A stretch of DNA of 64,000 nucleotides from Nemertoderma westbladi (taxonomy: Eukaryota; Animalia; Xenacoelomorpha): contig JAUCBJ010005882.1 of assembly GCA_032718475.1 (NCBI GenBank), positions 1 through 64,000 on the forward strand, in the 5' to 3' direction. Within the stretch, counting starts at the first letter, position 1. Every line of letters begins with the position of its first letter. A program made the position numbers and the translations under genes. Shown here one piece after another: positions 1-11,944 of this stretch. Below the pieces are notes generated by a model. The model was given only the letters and a program-made list of their open reading frames with translations, searched no databases and had not been told where the DNA came from.

Positions 1-1040
1 ATAAGTGCGGCTTCGTATTCTGCGAGTTTAGCAATATCCGCGTTCTTTTTGTGGATGAGAATTGCTTGGGCCTCGGCGTGTTGTTTACGCATTTCCGCTT
101 CCCATTTACGTTGTTCGATCTCTCGTTCGGCCTCTCGTCCGCGTTGTTCGGCCTCCTGTTTACGTTGTTCGACCTGCCGTTCGTCCTCTAGCCTACGTTG
201 TTCGGCCTCCTGTTTACGTTGTTCGACCTGCCGTTCGTCCTCTAGTCTACGTTGTTCGGCCTGCCGTTCGGCCTCTCGTCTATGTTGTTCGGCCTCCTGT
301 TTACGTTGTTCGGCCTGCCGTTCGGCCTCTCGTCTATGTTGTTCGGCCTCCTGTTCGCGTTGTTCGGCCTGCCGTTCGGCCGCTTGTTCGGCCTCTCGCT
401 TTTGTGTTTCGGCGGCTAATACATCTTGCTCGGCTTGCAGTTGAATATACTCATCTTCCATCCGAGCTTTGAGGGCTAATGCCTTCCGTTCTCTCAGTTG
501 GTCTCGGAGTGGCGGCGCCCCTTGAGAACTGCGCGCTGAGCCGGATATCTCGCTCCTAGCGCTGGAGTGCTGATTTCTGGTGGACCCCATTCTCTTGTGA
601 TGTACTCCTGTCCTGATGCTGGAGGATCGTACTGATTCCGCGTCTGTTCTTTCAGCCCTCTTGTAATACTGTTCCTCATAGCCTCTCACCAGGCTGAGGG
701 TCCTCCGGTGTTGTTTGCGGAACCCATCTAGATGTACAACGTGTTCTTCCAGCTTGGGGTAGTTTTCCTGATCGGTGGGAGGAACGAGCTCTTGGTACGC
801 CTGTATCATTCTTTCGTACCGCTGTAGGATATTTCGGATACTTTGAAGCTGAGTTTGTACCTCATTGAGGGGGGTTTTGACTCCCTTGAGTTGTTTCTCC
901 ATCCGTTGATACGCTCGGGTTACTCCGCCTTTAAGAGCCCCTAACCGACGGGTCATGTTCTTGACGTTTGGGACCTCGTCGGCTTCCGAGTCTGTGTGGT
1001 GATCCATCTCGTCGGTATCGGATATGTTATTTGTGGTCAT
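1..1040 (-). CDS. BEL/Pao-like LTR retrotransposon gag(-pol) N-terminus, running off the left edge
   Basis: Manual translation from ATG 1040 is open to position 1 (MTTNNISDTDEMDHHTDSEADEVPNVKNMTRRLGALKGGVTRAYQRMEK...), then a Ser-rich linker and an EAEQ/RQAEQ coiled-coil repeat. This layout is typical of BEL/Pao gag. It is absent from the ORF track because it has no stop in the window. Confidence 0.65.
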   Translation of the reverse strand, partial: MTTNNISDTDEMDHHTDSEADEVPNVKNMTRRLGALKGGVTRAYQRMEKQLKGVKTPLNEVQTQLQSIRNILQRYERMIQAYQELVPPTDQENYPKLEEHVVHLDGFRKQHRRTLSLVRGYEEQYYKRAERTDAESVRSSSIRTGVHHKRMGSTRNQHSSARSEISGSARSSQGAPPLRDQLRERKALALKARMEDEYIQLQAEQDVLAAETQKREAEQAAERQAEQREQEAEQHRREAERQAEQRKQEAEQHRREAERQAEQRRLEDERQVEQRKQEAEQRRLEDERQVEQRKQEAEQRGREAEREIEQRKWEAEMRKQHAEAQAILIHKKNADIAKLAEYEAAL

Positions 1041-1228
1041 TGTAACGCCTCGTCGATGGCGAGATACGCGATGTCGTAAAACAGTTCCTCGTAGGTATTG
1101 TACTCAGCTTGGACCACCCGAACAGTAATCCTGAATCGTCCAACGTTCGTTCCTTGTACCTCAACTTCGACGTGCCAGATTCCTGGCTCAACTTGAATTA
1201 TATCAATGGGTGTGATCGATACTTCCAT
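1037..1228 (-). CDS. 63-aa upstream ORF overlapping the gag start (ATGA overlap)
   Basis: ORF track; its TGA (1039-1037) overlaps the gag ATG (1040-1038); non-repetitive, protein-like composition. Confidence 0.4.
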   Translation of the reverse strand: MEVSITPIDIIQVEPGIWHVEVEVQGTNVGRFRITVRVVQAEYNTYEELFYDIAYLAIDEALQ

Positions 1229-1887
1229 TCCCTGTTAACAACTCTCCCGAATTGTGATCTGCCGACTACGAGTTGGTTAGATCGAGTTTGCTGATTAATT
1301 AAACCACGACTTTGTCTCAACTCAAATACCAGAGTTTCCTCGTAGTGGGTGCTGGCAAGCACGTAGAGAGTTTTTGAAGAGTATTGAAGGATTCTCAACT
1401 TCCACCAGTTGAAGTTGACCGCGATAATTATTCTTAATTTTGACACCCTGTCAAAATTAACCACGTGAATTATTCTTAATTTTGTTGCCGTTATTCCTAC
1501 ACCAGGGGGAAAAACGCCGATGCTGGAGACGTGACTTAACAGACCACCGAGCCCCGGCCAGTCACCGGATATTGATTGTGGGGAGGGAATATTTCTAAGA
1601 TGCAAGTTTGCGGTTGAGAAAAGCTGCATTAGTTGGATATACTCTTTAATGTAACTTCCTATAGTTGAAACCTGTTCAACATCATTGAAACCTGATTAAG
1701 AATAATTTTGGGCTTCCCCAAATCAATATACACCAAATATTCACAATAAGTATACACGATAATATAAATCCCTACGGTATATTATTTAATAACCCACTGT
1801 TCGCTCAGAATTTTAGCCTACCTAATGTACCCCAGATTTTCCCTCAGTCCCAGTCTTAGTGCCGTAGTGTCGGTGTCGGTCGACCCT

Positions 1888-2672
1888 GTCGCGTGTCCGT
1901 TCCACCCCTCACGAACCCCGAAGGGAACGATCATCGAGAACCAGCACGGCTTGGCTAAGGGTCGGTCCAGTCGGTAGACTCTGTCGCGTATCCGTACCAC
2001 CCCTCTCGAACCCCGAAGGGTTCGGTCATCGAGAACCAGTACGGCTTGGCTAGGAGTCTGTCGTGTCGGTGGACCCATTCGCGTGTCCGTTCCACCCCTC
2101 ACGAACCCCGAAGGGTTCGATCATCGAGAACCAGAACGGCTTGGCTAGTGGTCCGTCAGTTCATCACAGAAACCCAACCACCTAGGCTTTCCGAGTCCGT
2201 TTCAGGCTCGTAGTCGCTTCGGCAGCCGAGAAACTGCTCCGAACAGTCGGTAGGCCAGTAGAGTCTAGTCGAGTCTAGTCCTTTGTCTTTCGACCCCATC
2301 GCGTGTCCGTTCCACCCCTCACGAACCCCGAAGGGAACGATCATCGAGAACCAGAACGGCTTGGCTAAGGGGTCTGTCGTCGGTTCCCGTCGCAAATCAC
2401 AGTCAAGCAGTCAGCGTTCCGAGTCCTTTTCAGGCTCGTAGTAGCTGCAGTTGACCCGAGACCGCTAAGGGCAGTCCTTGTCAAACCAGTCCTGTGGCCA
2501 GCCCTTTCGCATGTCCGTCCCACCCCTCACGAACCCCGAAGGGATGGGTCATCGAGAACCAGTACGGCTTAGGTCAGGGGGCAGTCTTAAGTTGGCCACC
2601 TGTTCGCGTGTCCGCTCCACCCCTCACGAACCCCGGGGTTCGATCATCGAGAACCAGAACGGCTTGGCTACT
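1888..2672 (-). repeat. Six ~68-nt structured repeats (kink-turn plus hairpin, cUUCGg loop in five) in the retrotransposon leader/LTR
   Basis: Copies start near 1890, 1985, 2080, 2300, 2508, 2605; minus-strand consensus CCGTTCTGGTTCTCGATGATCGAACCCTTCGGGGTTCGTGAGGGGTGGAACGG; variable spacers. Confidence 0.8.
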
Positions 2673-3545
2673 AAGGGGCCGTCGGTGCCCGTCGCAAATC
2701 CCTGACACAAGCAGTCAGCGTTCCGAGTCCTTTTCAGGCTCGTAGTAGCTGCCGTTGGCCAGGGACCGCTAAGGGCAGTCCTTGTCCTTTAGGCCTGGCG
2801 CATTACCAAATCCACCCCTACAGGCAGCAGGAAGTTGGCCAGGGCCTAATAGTACTCAGGCTAACCTGAATACTGCTTGCATTTTCCATCCCCCCTGGCC
2901 CTTATAACTATGAAATTATTCCCGTACCCTGTAAGTTGCCCCAAAGTTCGCCCATAAATCGCCCCCAGTTTATTGAATGTGCCCAAAACCCGTGGTCCCG
3001 CACCCAGTAGTAATATCGGAATAATCGATTTTAATAAAATACAAAAAATATTCAACTCGCGTTATGGAAAGTTGAAATACCGCGAACATTTATTAATTAA
3101 AATTAATAAAATTAATTAAAATTTTCAATAATATTAAAAAAAAAAATTTTTTTTCAAAAAAGTGCTGGATAATTTTTCAAGATGTTCAAAAAACCTTTCA
3201 AACGAGCCATAAATGTAAATGATCGAATTTGGGTGAAAAACGGCGGAGTAGTATTTTGAAAAATGGAAATATCGTGAAATGTAATTCCGAGATAATTTGC
3301 TTTAAAATTTGAACCTTCCCGCTCAAACCTGATTGTCTGTAGTCTGTTAATCGGTCAGTAATGTTTGACACTATGGCTTCATACCAACTCACTAAAATTA
3401 TCAATATGGGGGTTTTCGAGGTCGGTGATTTCATTTCTGATGTCACTTTTAATGTTTGGTGGCATCTAATATGTCTGTCTGACAGCATGTCTGTCTGTCT
3501 GTCTTCTAAATTTTGACGGACAAAGGTACTTCAGCAAGGACAGAA

Positions 3546-3951
3546 GGAACTTCCTGCCAAAAAGGGGCTGTCCTAACAGCCAATACCAGGCAGCCAGGCT
3601 GGATTTACCACAGGCTGACAGGAAAAGTGTCTAGACATATTTTTTGTTGACGATTACACCCCATAGAGATCATAGTTAAAACCCAGACAGGACTGCAGGA
3701 CAGCCAAAATGGGGCAGGAATATGATTAATTTTTAATTAAAACAAAAGCATGCATAATAATTAATTTTTTTTTCATACATATATAAAGTTAGAAATCATC
3801 TATATGCTGGTATAACTTTCTATATAACGCTGTTATAACAGCAGAGGCGCCGCCAAAATATTTATTTTCCCATGATATTCAATGTGGAATTCATGAATTG
3901 GCCCAGGGCGATTTTGGCTGTCTGGACAGCCCCTTTTGGCAGGAATTTCCT
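3546..3951. mobile_element. MITE with ~28-bp terminal inverted repeats
   Basis: aggaacttcctgccaaaaaggggctgtcc ... ggacagccccttttggcaggaatttcct. Confidence 0.7.
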
Positions 3952-5699
3952 AGTTGCTAATATAACAAATTTTTTCTGATCTATTTCTGTATTTGGTGGA
4001 TGGAAAGTCTGACACTGACAGCAGCACAACAGGCAGACAGGTCTCCTGGTCGCAGGTCTCCACCTCTGAGCCTCTACCGGTACAGTCAGAATGACAGCAG
4101 GCCAGTTTGAAGTGAAGTGAACTTTAAAATGTTTCGGTTTAGCATGTAGGCCTAATATGGTAGCCTTCTGGTCTTACTGCTTACCTACTGCCTTAAGCTT
4201 AAACACAATCATGTCAATTGTCAAGGTCAACTACTGCCAGATAAAAATATTCAAAGCTAACTGGCTAAAGCTCCTGACAGCCTGCTGAGCTCATCTGCTC
4301 ATCAGTATCTGCTAGAGTGCTAGTCTGCCTACGCCTGTCAGCCTGTAGGCTAGGTCAATAATTGGCAATTGGTAATACTGTAATAGGTCAGTACTACTAT
4401 GGTATCGTAGGTAACAGGTAAAAATATGTAGGCCTAGGGTAAGCGGATTGTGAGCTTCAATGCATGGTCAGTTATAGGTACTGTAGACCCTTTCTGCCTT
4501 TGACTGATAGAGTAGCTCTAGCAGGATAGTCCTATTGTTTTTAAATAAGACTACGTCTGCTGGTCTGGTTGTCACTGCTGCACTGTCCGTACTCACTGAC
4601 ATTGCCATGCTGTATGTATAGGCCTAATAACTGAATAAGCAAGTTGACTACTGTATGTATCAATCAGTAACATTTAGAACAATCAGACAATGTGTAACAT
4701 TTAGAAAGTAACATTAAAAAATTATTTGTAATCTTTTGCAAACGAATGATGTTAATTGTTTTTATATTCCCAAGGTTTTGAACCGACTGACAACTACTGT
4801 ACTGTAACAAATCGAGGTTGTTTAATGTTTACACATTTCACCCGCTAGCTGTGGTCAAAATCCCATATTTTTATCGTATTTAATGTCGAAATATTACAAA
4901 ACTTTAAGATTTAAATCAATCTCAGTAGTTATTAAGTTAACCCATTACATTAAAAGTCCTAAGATCTACATTTGTAGACCCATGCAATATGGTACACGCA
5001 ATTAAAAACCGTATCAATTTATTTAGTATTTGCAATATAAATCAGACTTAGAGGCATGGGAGTACTATTTAATGTAAATTTTAGCCCTCATGTTCGCAAT
5101 ACGAACACCAGACAAAAGCTCAATGTTATACGTTATACATTATATTATAAGATCATTTTCGTTCTAAATAGGCAAAAAGTTGGCGAAATATGATTACTGT
5201 AGGCCCTACCTATATTATATATTATTATGTATTTATTATGTTATTTATTATGTATGTATTATTATATTATATGTAGAATATCTCCCTATTTAAGAATATT
5301 TGTATTTTCGCTTTACAATAATTATTGTTTGAAAAGAATTTAAAAACGTCTCCATCCAATCTAATCTGGCCACGGCCATTTATGACTTTATGATCCTGTA
5401 AATTTTATATTCGATGGGTTTAGTTTCAGAAGTGCAAATGGACTTAGCAGAATTCATACTCCACCATTGGAAAACCGAATTGCTTTCTGCTGAACTTGCA
5501 GACTGGAAGTGGATGGACGTTACAAACTCAAATGTCATTCATTATACTTGATGGCAATGTCTCATGACAAATCTGATATTCTTGAATACAAATGATGTCG
5601 ATATTATATTCCATTGACAGAGCTATAATAATGTTTGCTAAGCAGTTTCAGAGTGCGTGCGTTCATTGTAGCAATCTTTAGTGTCTTTCTAAGTTTCAA

Positions 5700-5765
5700 C
5701 AGGTTGGTTCTCAGCTTGCTCTACGTTCTTTCATCCACTGGGGTCGATAAAATGAGTACCTGTTG
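5700..5765 (+). mobile_element. SINE central-domain fragment
   Basis: tttcatccactggggtcgataaaatgagtacc; same core as the SINE at 13190-13460. Confidence 0.5.
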
Positions 5766-6849
5766 AATTACTGGAAGCAAACCTTGGGATAGGAGTAGCA
5801 CCAGTCCTACCGTCGGGTAGTAGCTATTGACGAGGGAGACAGGAGAGGGGGAAACTTGATACAAATCCCATGTCAGCGAATTAATATTTTGTATCAATGT
5901 TAAATTACCAATTTATTGAAAGAAGCATGTTACTGTGGCACGTTATTCTAACCAAAACTATAAACTAAAGTCAATAGAACAGGTTACAGTTTTATTTTTG
6001 AGAATAATCAGCTGTTATTTGCGTCGATTTTCCCTGGAGAGGGATGAATTTTGATTGCGACTAAAGTCCCTCCATATTTTCGAAGTGATGCCTTCGGTTC
6101 GTCTTCGACCGACTGGATATTCATATATATTATTCTAATTCCTATAACTTTTAATTCGAACTTTTAATTTCTGCAAAGCTAACCTAGCATTGCGAATTAT
6201 CTTGCACAATATATAATGAAAGTTTTATTTATTTCAGATATGAATTTTAGAATTAAAGGAAACTGCAGTAGTCCAGAATATAAGAAGGGCGGGCTCGCAA
6301 GTATTATTCTGGAGAGCGGCTGTAGATAATATGGAGCCGGCAGCCGCCACTATAGCCTACAAACTTTGGTTGGATGTGGCAGCAATTTATAAATTGGACT
6401 TTCAATTTTTATTGCAAGTGTGCGAACAAGGACTGTGATAACGTGTTAATAAATATATTATCAAACATTCAACTAAAAGTAATTACTGCAAATGCAGAAG
6501 TTGTTTCATCGACATTCCTTCACCTTTCATTTCACGATCCACTGGTAATACCGAACATCACCTTACAGAAACAACATCTCAGTTTGGGTAACCACTGCTA
6601 CTTCGTTAAGGATAAACCTGCGCCATTCTGTCCATAAATGTGTCGGCCACAAAGTCAGAAACCGATTAATTGGTTAATAACATTTGTTATTATGTGGGAC
6701 GAGCCACAAAGTCAGCTAGCCTCACGTCTTACAGTTTAGACAATAATTGTTTAGTTTACTTACTGCTGCTGACTGACAAGGTTCATTTGTAATAGTCTTA
6801 GCTAGGATTCTTCCCCCGGGCTCCTTCCAGCCAGCTTGCTGGCTTTCTA

Positions 6850-7472
6850 GTTTTTGCTTTCATTCTTTAGCTACAAGCGTTTAAAAAAAAGTGTCTCCGT
6901 CGATATTGCACCAGTTACGCACCGCAGTTATTCTTCAAACATTTAGTGATTTGTTGGTACTAGTAGAAAGCTCACCGTGCAAAGATTCCAAATATGTAAA
7001 AATATTTGAATTTGGTTGGGAAATAGCTGAGTTATGGGCATTCGAATTTTGCATATATTTGCTTCCACTGCAGCTGCCATTTATTCTATTAAATAAATAC
7101 ACAATGTTCTAGAACATTTTGTTTATCTCATAAGTGGCTTGGCAACAATGCAATGCCTACATGATAATACTAGTATAAGGATATTCATACATAAACAAAA
7201 TGTTCTAGAACATTGTGTATTTATTTAATAGAATAAATGGCCTGCAGTGGAAGCAAATATATGCAAATTTCGAATGCCCATATCTCAGCTTTCCCAACCA
7301 AATTCAAATGTTTTTACATATTTGGAATCCTTCCTTGCACGGTCAGCTTTCCACTAGTACCAACAAATCACTAAATATTTGAAGAATAACTGCGGTGTAA
7401 CTGGTGCAATATCGACGGAGACACGCTTGTAGCTTTAAACGCTTGTAGCTAAAGAATGAAAGCAAAAACTAA
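6850..7472. mobile_element. Palindromic (foldback) MITE with ~280-bp arms
   Basis: gtttttgctttcattctttagctacaagcg... is mirrored by ...cgcttgtagctaaagaatgaaagcaaaaac; arms align nearly to the centre (~7150). Confidence 0.85.
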
Positions 7473-7754
7473 AGATTCTGGCTCACCCAGCAAGGAGGAG
7501 GGAGGTGAAACTATCTCTGTTTCAAATTTCATGCAATCTCATTAAGATTTGTAGAAAAATTTGGGGGGGGGGTGGCAGTTACCTGAATAGACATGGTGTA
7601 AACAGGTAGTTTGTTATCTTTAAGTTTATTCAATGTATCAGACATATTCGAGTCTCTTGAAAGTGATGACATTAGGGTGCAGAGTAGGGTTGGTGCGCAG
7701 TAGAAATTGTTGGGCTAGCAAGGGAAGAATACGGGGTAACAAGGTGCCCTGAAT

Positions 7755-8511
7755 CGAGTGGCGGGGTGTGTTAGACACACGAGGGAACGGTCGAAACGGC
7801 GGGTTTAAGTAAGCGTGGGAAGCCAATTTTGAAAATCAGCTTTGATTGGCTGCTACATATTTGACGTCATTACAAAGTGATCTGATAATTTTTTATCTTG
7901 GTTTCTATGGGGGGAGATTTTCGATCGATTCAAATACACATTAAATTTCAATCATTTCACACGTGGCTTATATAAATTGAAAACGGAGAGTCTTGCGCAT
8001 CTTTTGGCACTACAATTATTTTAATTCACGACGAGGAAGGAAGATTGTTAAATTGCTGTTCACAATTGCAAACTCGATAGATTGTCTGACGGGTTGGCAG
8101 CACTAAGCCCTATCAGCCTAATGCAGTAGTATCTTAGCAGATACGTCATTAAATAATGGTATGACATCTAGCAGCGCCCACTGAATCGTATTAAGTTGGG
8201 TTTACCGCTGACCGGTACACAGTTACATTTTATCAATGTTCCTCATCATAAATTTAATTAATTAGACGCGCAAGACACTCCGCTTTCAATTGATATAAGC
8301 CACTTGTAAAAAGATTGAGATTTAATGTTCGAATGTGGAAAATCACTATCCATAGAAACCAAGATAAAAAATTATCAGATAACTGCGTAATGACGTCAAA
8401 TCTGTAGCAGCCAATCACAGCCGATTTTCAAAATTGGCTTCCCGCGCTTACTTAAACCCGCCATTTCGACCGTTTCCACGTGTGTTTACAAAAAACACAC
8501 CCCGCCACTCG
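7755..8511. mobile_element. MITE with ~270-bp imperfect TIRs
   Basis: cgagtggcggggtgtgtt...ttggtttctatgg is mirrored by ccatagaaaccaag...aacacaccccgccactcg. Confidence 0.85.
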
Positions 8512-8525
8512 ATAATTGTTTCTCG

Positions 8526-8590
8526 ATAATTGTTGGCGATTTGAGAATAGGATGTCTCAATTACGCAGATGACCTTCAATACTTGCCACA
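8526..8590 (+). pseudogene. Non-LTR reverse transcriptase relic (YADD motif)
   Basis: Translates IIVGDLRIGCLNYADDL; a degenerate GV-QG-like stretch lies on the other side of the MITE (~7730-7750). Confidence 0.4.
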
Positions 8591-8828
8591 TCCCCTACAA
8601 ACCAATTATAATAATTTAAGAATACAATTTTTATAACATTTTTTTTCAATATTCTTTCAACCCTTTTATTAACCTCGCTGACACACGGTAAATAGAATGC
8701 CTCGAGAATAGTGAAAAAAAGTTCTCACATTTTTTCTCATGTATTAAAAAATTCTTACGAATTTTTTATGGAGCGTTTCAAACGAAACTGGTGCTTTAAA
8801 CATTTTTACCCCCCCCCCCAGCACTTAC

Positions 8829-8956
8829 TCGTCTGCTAGTTCTTTGTTCAGCTTTACGATTCCCATCTCTTCGGCTAGTTCTTGGAATAATATTTTAATG
8901 AAGATGCGCCCGCTGCTAGTTGTATCGTGTTCATTGAGTTGAATGCAAGCCATGCA
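8829..8956 (-). CDS. CWC22: CWC22 exon (C-terminal part of MA3/MI region)
   Basis: tttag|[42 protein letters not shown]|gtaagt; matches CWC22 TTSSSRIFVKIFFQEL; 128 nt, phase 0 to 2. Confidence 0.93.
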
Positions 8957-10198
8957 CTAAAAACAAAGTTAATGTTAAATTATATATTAAAAACAAAATA
9001 AAATTTTAATAATATAGTAGGTCTCCTGGGGTGTGTTTGTGTTAATAATTAATAGTGTTGCTAACTTGGCCATGTTTTTCAAGTTTTCGTTGGATTCATG
9101 TGAAAAAACATAATTAAATCAAAAAATATAATGTTTGCTGAGATTGTTTGTTAATTGGCCAATATAAAATGTAAATATCGTAGTAACCGGGTATATTAAA
9201 TAATAATTAATCATGTAAGGTAATTATGTATTATGTTATACACTACAGTATACTATACAGACAGACACACCTCCACACCTGTCCTCCCCTACCGACCGAT
9301 AAACATAATAAAAATACACCAAGGAATAAATATATCGACGGTGCTCATTTTGCACGATACCTATGATTGCTTATTCCTATGATCCACCAGTAATATACCT
9401 GTTGTAGTTGCCTATCATGTATAAATGAATTATTTATTCCTCTATGACATTTTTCTCGTTCGAATAAATAATATTATTATATAAATAATATATTTTATTG
9501 TGTAATAAGTTTTGTATTTATAATATGTATTTTATTTGTTCACCACAGTGCTATTGTGACGTCACAAGTACAGCTAGTCACCACCATGCAACCCCCCTCT
9601 CGACCGTGACATCATGCGTGACAAGGCGGAATCTCAAAGTTAATTTAAAAATTCGACAAATTTCAAATACAACGTACGGGACGGACATTGAGTCAATAAG
9701 GTTGGCATTGATCCATATATTATAATAAAATATTTCTAAATATACCGGTAATTAAATTAATAATTTAAAATTTATTTTATAAACTAATGGTTTTTTTGTG
9801 ACGTGACGTTCGTGAGGGGGGGGGGGGGGGGTAGTAAATACTATTTACAAATTTACAATATGACCGGCTCTAAAAACAACTGTTTTCCTCAGTTTGTCGA
9901 TTTTGGCATTCTTCATTACTAAATAAAATTACTAAAATTTGTAGACCGGAAACCGCGTCACCGAATCCACAAAATATACTATTTTTGAAAAAAAAACCGA
10001 CCTGCACAAAAAGTGCCATATTTTTCGAACAAAAGGGTTTACGAAGTTATCCATTCTTTACTTAGTTTACAGAGTAAAAGATCACAGATTGTCTAACAAT
10101 TTCACAACGGTATCTTTAGGGCTATAAATATTAAAAAATACGATTTCAGGTATAAACCAAGAGTACGGTGAGCGCTACACTTATATAATTAAACTTAC

Positions 10199-10432
10199 AT
10201 TCCAGGACATTGCTCCAGAGTGTAACAGATGCGCCATCAATCTAGCGGTGTTCCGTAGCTTACCCATCTCTAGTCGATGACACGTCTCATATTGATCGCG
10301 AAAACATTTCTCGAACATACCCTTATAGAGTTGGCCCTTGAGGTTGCAGAACCGCTGTGCCAGGAGGCCGTAGAACTTCTCGTAAGATCGTTGCTGAGCG
10401 CAGCAGTCAATAATCATTTGGCATAACTCAGA
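10199..10432 (-). CDS. CWC22: CWC22 exon (MA3/MI domain)
   Basis: ttttag|SELCQMIIDCCAQQRSYEKFYGLLAQRFC...KLRNTARLMAHLLHSGAMSWN|gtaagt; 234 nt, phase 0 to 0. Confidence 0.96.
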
Positions 10433-10736
10433 CTAAAAGAAACACAATGTTTATTTAGGCTGGAATTAAATTGAAAAAAAAATCCTTGAACAACATGTTA
10501 AGGACAATTAAATTATATCAACAAAGTCCTTTGACAATTATATAATTAATACACCATTTCGGTAACTTGGTGTAACTAAAGTAACGAAAAATATATATTT
10601 ATCAAATAAAACAGCTATAACTTCAGTTATTCTAATTTGGGATCTGATTGGTTCCCCAATGCGTTTATTTTAAAAGTTTAACATTTTTAAATATATTTTA
10701 AATTAAAGCTTTCAGGCAGGAAATATAACGACTCGC

Positions 10737-11020
10737 CTCTTGACCGTCTTTAAACTCTATCTTCAGAAGTTTGTGAGCTGCTTCTTCGTAATCCAAACTG
10801 GACTGAATGGTGAGGTATATGGTTCGTCGTAGAGAGACCAGGTTGGTCTCGGTCCGATCTATGATTGGTTGTTGCTCGGTAACGGTATCAACATCCTCCC
10901 CCGATTCCTCGGAATCTCCGTCACCATCATCTTCTTCTTCCGACTCATCGAGGATTTCCTCTCGTAACGTCCTGTATCTTTCCTCGTTGACTGCAAAATC
11001 CGGATCCTCCTTGAATATGT
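10737..11020 (-). CDS. CWC22: CWC22 exon (acidic linker, MA3 start), ending at a GC donor
   Basis: [23 protein letters not shown]...[39 protein letters not shown]|gcgagt; 284 nt, phase 1 to 0. Confidence 0.93.
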
Positions 11021-11287
11021 CTAAAAAAAAATAGAAGAAAATAATAGTAGAAAAAAATATCAGAGGAAAAATTTACAAAAATTTAACTTAGTTTTGGCCA
11101 CTTATCGATTTTGAGCCGCTGATATTTCCAGAATTCGAAGACGAAATCGTAAAGAAAACCAATAAGATAAAAAAAAACAAATAAAAAAATACTCTTAACC
11201 TCTATTATGGTAAACTTACATAGAGTAAATACATTAGTAATAGTCAGTGTCACTCATATTAACAAATTTTATCGGAATGTAACTTAC

Positions 11288-11500
11288 TAAGTACATCTTC
11301 GGCGTCCTCCTTCTTAACGTCCTGGAGGGGCAGTAGATGTGTGAACTGGTCCGCGTCGTCCACCAAATCCAATTCATCCACAATCGCGGGGTAATCCTTA
11401 AAACCATCTTTACGTACGGCAAACATTACCTCGATCATATATTGAACACGTTTGTCGATTTGTGAGTCGTGAAGGATTGCTCGTAGTCTATCGTATATAG
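11288..11500 (-). CDS. CWC22: CWC22 exon (end of MIF4G)
   Basis: ttcag|IYDRLRAILHDSQIDKRVQYMIEVMFAVRKDGFKDYP...DQFTHLLPL...EDVL|gtaagt; 213 nt, phase 1 to 1. Confidence 0.96.
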
Positions 11501-11944
11501 CTGAAAGGGGAATAAGTCATTGATAGATAAATATGTTGTAAGACGTGAAATTAATCTTGATCTTGAATATATTTATCATTGAACTTATAGGAGTGTAAAC
11601 GATAAGCCGACAAACGACAACGATAACTATGGAACTGGACCGTGTGATCTTTACTCTCGTTTATTGCTCTAATTTAGTCCAATTTTAAAAAAAACACAAC
11701 TAAATAAATATATAGTATTATTGTGAATTGTGATGTTGCTTTTATCCATGAACAACAATTAGTCTAGCGTATTTGATTGGCTAAAATCATAAAATATGTA
11801 AATATTGGACAGGTTAAGAAAACATCTGATTTACATCATTCTGTGAAAAGTAGCACTTTTCAGCGTTTTGAACCGAGCGAGTGCAGTGAGGGTTGTTTAC
11901 ATAAATTAACGATCAAAAGTAGGTACAACAAGATGTATAATCAG

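Noticed and set aside
49-472. Plus-strand Cys/Ser/Arg and Val/Arg/Pro repeat ORFs
   Set aside because: Antisense shadows of the coiled-coil repeat in the minus-strand gag ORF.
1888-2790. CRISPR-like repeat-spacer appearance
   Set aside because: Eukaryotic context, ~68-nt repeats, irregular and partly duplicated spacers, and no cas genes.
2790-2815. TGGTAATGCGCC as PBS of the BEL/Pao-like element
   Set aside because: No convincing match to a tRNA 3' end I can recall, and LTR limits (perhaps ~1673-3088) cannot be fixed without the second LTR.
1-8828. Final CWC22 exon(s) ([21 protein letters not shown])
   Set aside because: Searched by eye and not found; ORF 7638-7826 does not match. Probably beyond the left edge.
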